Positions 61,852 through 64,000 of a stretch of 64,000 bases of DNA are shown piece after piece. Both the position numbers and the translations under genes were made by a program. Position 1 is the stretch's first letter. The number at the start of each line of letters is the position of its first letter. A model generated the notes under the pieces. It had not been told where the DNA came from. It saw nothing but the letters and a program-made list of their open reading frames with translations, and made no database searches. Source of the DNA: an uncultured Aliarcobacter sp. (GTDB taxonomy: Bacteria; Campylobacterota; Campylobacteria; Campylobacterales; Arcobacteraceae); the NCBI GenBank assembly GCA_963664305.2, contig CAXXLV010000002.1, forward strand, positions 1,120,001 through 1,184,000, given 5' to 3'.

Positions 61852-62949
61852 ATGAAAAAAACTATAAGTTTACTTATGTTTATCTTTGCACTTATGTTTA
61901 CAAATTTAAATGCAAATGAGATGTTTCAAACTGTTGAACCAAAAGATGCAACTCTTGTTAAAAGTGATTCATCAAAAGAATTTTGTAATGTTTGTGGTAT
62001 GCATTTATCAAAATACTATAAAACAAATCATACAACAGAATTTAAAAATGGGCATAAAGAACAATATTGTTCTATTCATTGTCAAGCAGAAATTTATCGA
62101 GATTATAAAGATAAAATAAAAACTATTCAAGTTGTGGATACAAATTCTTTAAAATTCATAGATGCAACTAAAGCATTTTATGTTGTTGGTAGTTCAAAAG
62201 AAGGGACAATGAGTCCTGTAAGTAAATATGCTTTTTCTTCAAAAGATGAAGCTCTGAAATTCCAAAAAGAGTTTGGTGGAACAATTCACAATTTTGATGA
62301 AACAATGGATATTGCATTAAAAGATTTATCAAATGACAATAAAATTTTAGATGAAAAAAGAGCTCCAATGGCTAAAAAAGGGAAAAAGATTTTTGAATCA
62401 ATGTGTGATATATCAAAAATAAAAGATTTTAACTCTATTGGAGAAGCTAAACAATATTTAATAGATAACAATGTTTGCAAAAACTTAGATTCTCAAATGC
62501 TTCAAGCTGTTTCTATTTATTTATATAATCCATCAGCAGCAAATGAAAAATCAAATATGTTAAATATTCCAGAAGATTCAAAATGTCCAGTTTGTGGAAT
62601 GTTTGTGTCAAAATATCCTAAATGGGCAGCACAAATAAAAACTAAAGATGGTCATAATCACTATTTTGATGGAGTGAAAGATATGTTGAAATTTTATTTT
62701 GAACCTTCAAAATATGGACATCAACACTCTAAAGATGAAATGACAAATATTAATGTAACTGATTATTATTCATTAGAACTATTCAATGGTAAAGATGCTT
62801 ATTTTGTAATTGGTTCAAATGTATATGGTCCAATGGGAGAAGAAGTAATTCCATTTAAAAATGAATCACAAGCAAAAAAATTTATGGAAGACCATTTTGG
62901 AAAAAAAATTTTAAAATTTGAAGAATTAAAAAAAGAGATGTTATTTTAA
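61852..62949 (+). CDS. Periplasmic protein with two NosL domains
   Basis: CNVCGM...YVVGS...GTM...FGG and CPVCGM...FDGVKDM...FVIGS..GPMG...DHFG; Sec signal peptide. Confidence 0.85.
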   Translation: MKKTISLLMFIFALMFTNLNANEMFQTVEPKDATLVKSDSSKEFCNVCGMHLSKYYKTNHTTEFKNGHKEQYCSIHCQAEIYRDYKDKIKTIQVVDTNSLKFIDATKAFYVVGSSKEGTMSPVSKYAFSSKDEALKFQKEFGGTIHNFDETMDIALKDLSNDNKILDEKRAPMAKKGKKIFESMCDISKIKDFNSIGEAKQYLIDNNVCKNLDSQMLQAVSIYLYNPSAANEKSNMLNIPEDSKCPVCGMFVSKYPKWAAQIKTKDGHNHYFDGVKDMLKFYFEPSKYGHQHSKDEMTNINVTDYYSLELFNGKDAYFVIGSNVYGPMGEEVIPFKNESQAKKFMEDHFGKKILKFEELKKEMLF

Positions 62950-62987
62950 CTTACATTACAATGCGATTTAATCGCATTGTTTGTAAG
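62950..62987. terminator. Hairpin between convergent genes
   Basis: cttaca..acaatgcgatt-t-aatcgcattgt.tgtaag. Confidence 0.65.
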
Positions 62988-63000
62988 CAATAAATAACAA

Positions 63001-63318
63001 TTAGTGATTTTTAATAAAAGAACAACAATAATCTACTAAAGAGTGAACTCTTAATTTGAATTTTGAATTTGCTGGAATCTCAAAAGAAGCTGGACCTTCA
63101 TATTTTGCCCAATCTTTAGCTGGTAACATAACTTCTAATACACCTCTTTGAATATCAATAACTTCTTTATGAACTGTATTTAATTCATATTCACCTGGTA
63201 ACATTATTCCTAAAGTTTTTCTAGAACCATCTTCAAATGTAATAGTTCTACTTGTGATATTACCTTCAAAAAGAATATTTGCTGCTTTTGCAATAGAAAC
63301 ACCTTTAAACTCTGCCAT
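63001..63318 (-). CDS. ppnP: Pyrimidine/purine nucleoside phosphorylase PpnP (DUF1255)
   Basis: KAANILFEGNITSR, DGSRKTLGIMLPGEY, FEIPANSKF, DYCCSF. Confidence 0.88.
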   Translation of the reverse strand: MAEFKGVSIAKAANILFEGNITSRTITFEDGSRKTLGIMLPGEYELNTVHKEVIDIQRGVLEVMLPAKDWAKYEGPASFEIPANSKFKLRVHSLVDYCCSFIKNH

Positions 63319-63434
63319 TTACATTCCTTACATATTATTTACTGTTATTGTAACACAACTATTATATTATTATATTGAAGCAAAAGAGTAGTTCTTTTTT
63401 GTTATAATTCCAAAATTTAAAAAAAGGTGTAGAA

Positions 63435-63698
63435 ATGACTATTCAAGAAGAATTAGAAGATTTAATAAAAAATGAAGTACTTGTAGAAATTGAAGATTAT
63501 ATTGATGAATTATTTGAAATTATTGCTGCAAAAAAAGATGATGAAAGTACAAAAGAAGAACTAAAACAAGTTCAAGAAATGAAAAAAGATTTTGAAGAAA
63601 TGTTAGCAGACTTAATTCATGGTGATATTGATGATGAAGAGTGTAGAGAAATCATTGAAGAAATCAATGAAATGAGAAAAGAAGATTTAGAGGACTAA
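63435..63698 (+). CDS. Small highly acidic helical protein, co-transcribed with recO
   Basis: 87 aa, AAGG SD, very rich in D/E. Confidence 0.75.
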   Translation: MTIQEELEDLIKNEVLVEIEDYIDELFEIIAAKKDDESTKEELKQVQEMKKDFEEMLADLIHGDIDDEECREIIEEINEMRKEDLED

Positions 63699-63706
63699 TA
63701 ACTTTT

Positions 63707-64000
63707 ATGCAAGGTTATATAATAGATATTAAACCTGTAAAAGATGATGATTTAATAGTAACTATTTTAAGTGAAAATGAACTAATAACTGCATATAGAT
63801 TTTATGGAGCAAGACATTCAAACATAAATATAGGCTATAAAATTGATTTTGAATTAGAAAATACAAGGGCTAACATTCCAAGATTAAAAGACGTAATTCA
63901 ACTTGGATTCCCTTGGATACTTGACAATGAAAAAATGTATTGTTGGCAACGATATATTAAACTATTTTACCCACATTTAAAAGAGATAGAAGAATTAGAC
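63707..64000 (+). CDS. recO: Recombination protein RecO (Campylobacterota type), truncated by window end
   Basis: Not in the ORF track. Manual translation: MQGYIIDIKPVKDDDLIVTILSENELITAYRFYGARHSNINIGYKIDFELE... Confidence 0.9.
   Translation, partial: MQGYIIDIKPVKDDDLIVTILSENELITAYRFYGARHSNINIGYKIDFELENTRANIPRLKDVIQLGFPWILDNEKMYCWQRYIKLFYPHLKEIEELD

Noticed and set aside
342..62480. Many short antisense or overlapping ORFs in the track (e.g. 342-566, 8072-8386, 15544-15984, 21346-21681, 41121-41582, 49303-49710)
   Set aside because: They are shadows of well-supported genes on the other strand or frame, with no SD or recognisable motifs.
1..64000. CRISPR array, tRNA/rRNA, IS element, prophage
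   Set aside because: No regularly spaced repeats, cloverleaf motifs, transposase, integrase or phage structural genes were seen, and intergenic gaps are all short.

Overview
A very AT-rich chromosomal window from a Campylobacterota bacterium, most likely Arcobacter/Aliarcobacter (inferred from protein style and gene order, not from a search). Bases 1-9.5 kb hold the 5' end of ureD and a complete urtABCDE urea ABC transporter. These are interleaved with accessory genes: two orphan membrane proteins, an ORF6N-like palindromic remnant, a ccdAB toxin-antitoxin pair, a NUDIX hydrolase, a stand-alone RNase H-like protein and DUF2721. Bases 9.5-23 kb are a signalling and redox block: hybrid kinases, response regulators, SapC, two chemoreceptors (one FIST-MCP), glutathione peroxidase, PnuC plus a kinase, and a heme-c GGDEF protein. 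Bases 23-38 kb are mostly housekeeping (uvrC, alr, two back-to-back adk paralogues, ygiQ, aspS), plus a soluble Cache-CheW protein and apparently degenerate ZnuA-like and UDG-like proteins. Bases 38.5-49.2 kb are the S10-spc ribosomal protein cluster ending at map-infA. Bases 49.4-64 kb hold a dadA-like gene, the ruvA-ddl-hydrolase-murF-HIT operon, a heme-c MCP, a mini-CheZ, thiL-truD, a SOR-like gene, a double NosL gene, ppnP and partial recO. No tRNA, rRNA, CRISPR array or IS element was seen. The most notable unexplained signals are an exact 21-bp inverted repeat bracketing the urt operon, the ORF6N-like palindrome upstream of ccdAB, a dual-start glutathione peroxidase, three apparently leaderless genes and several pseudo-enzymes.
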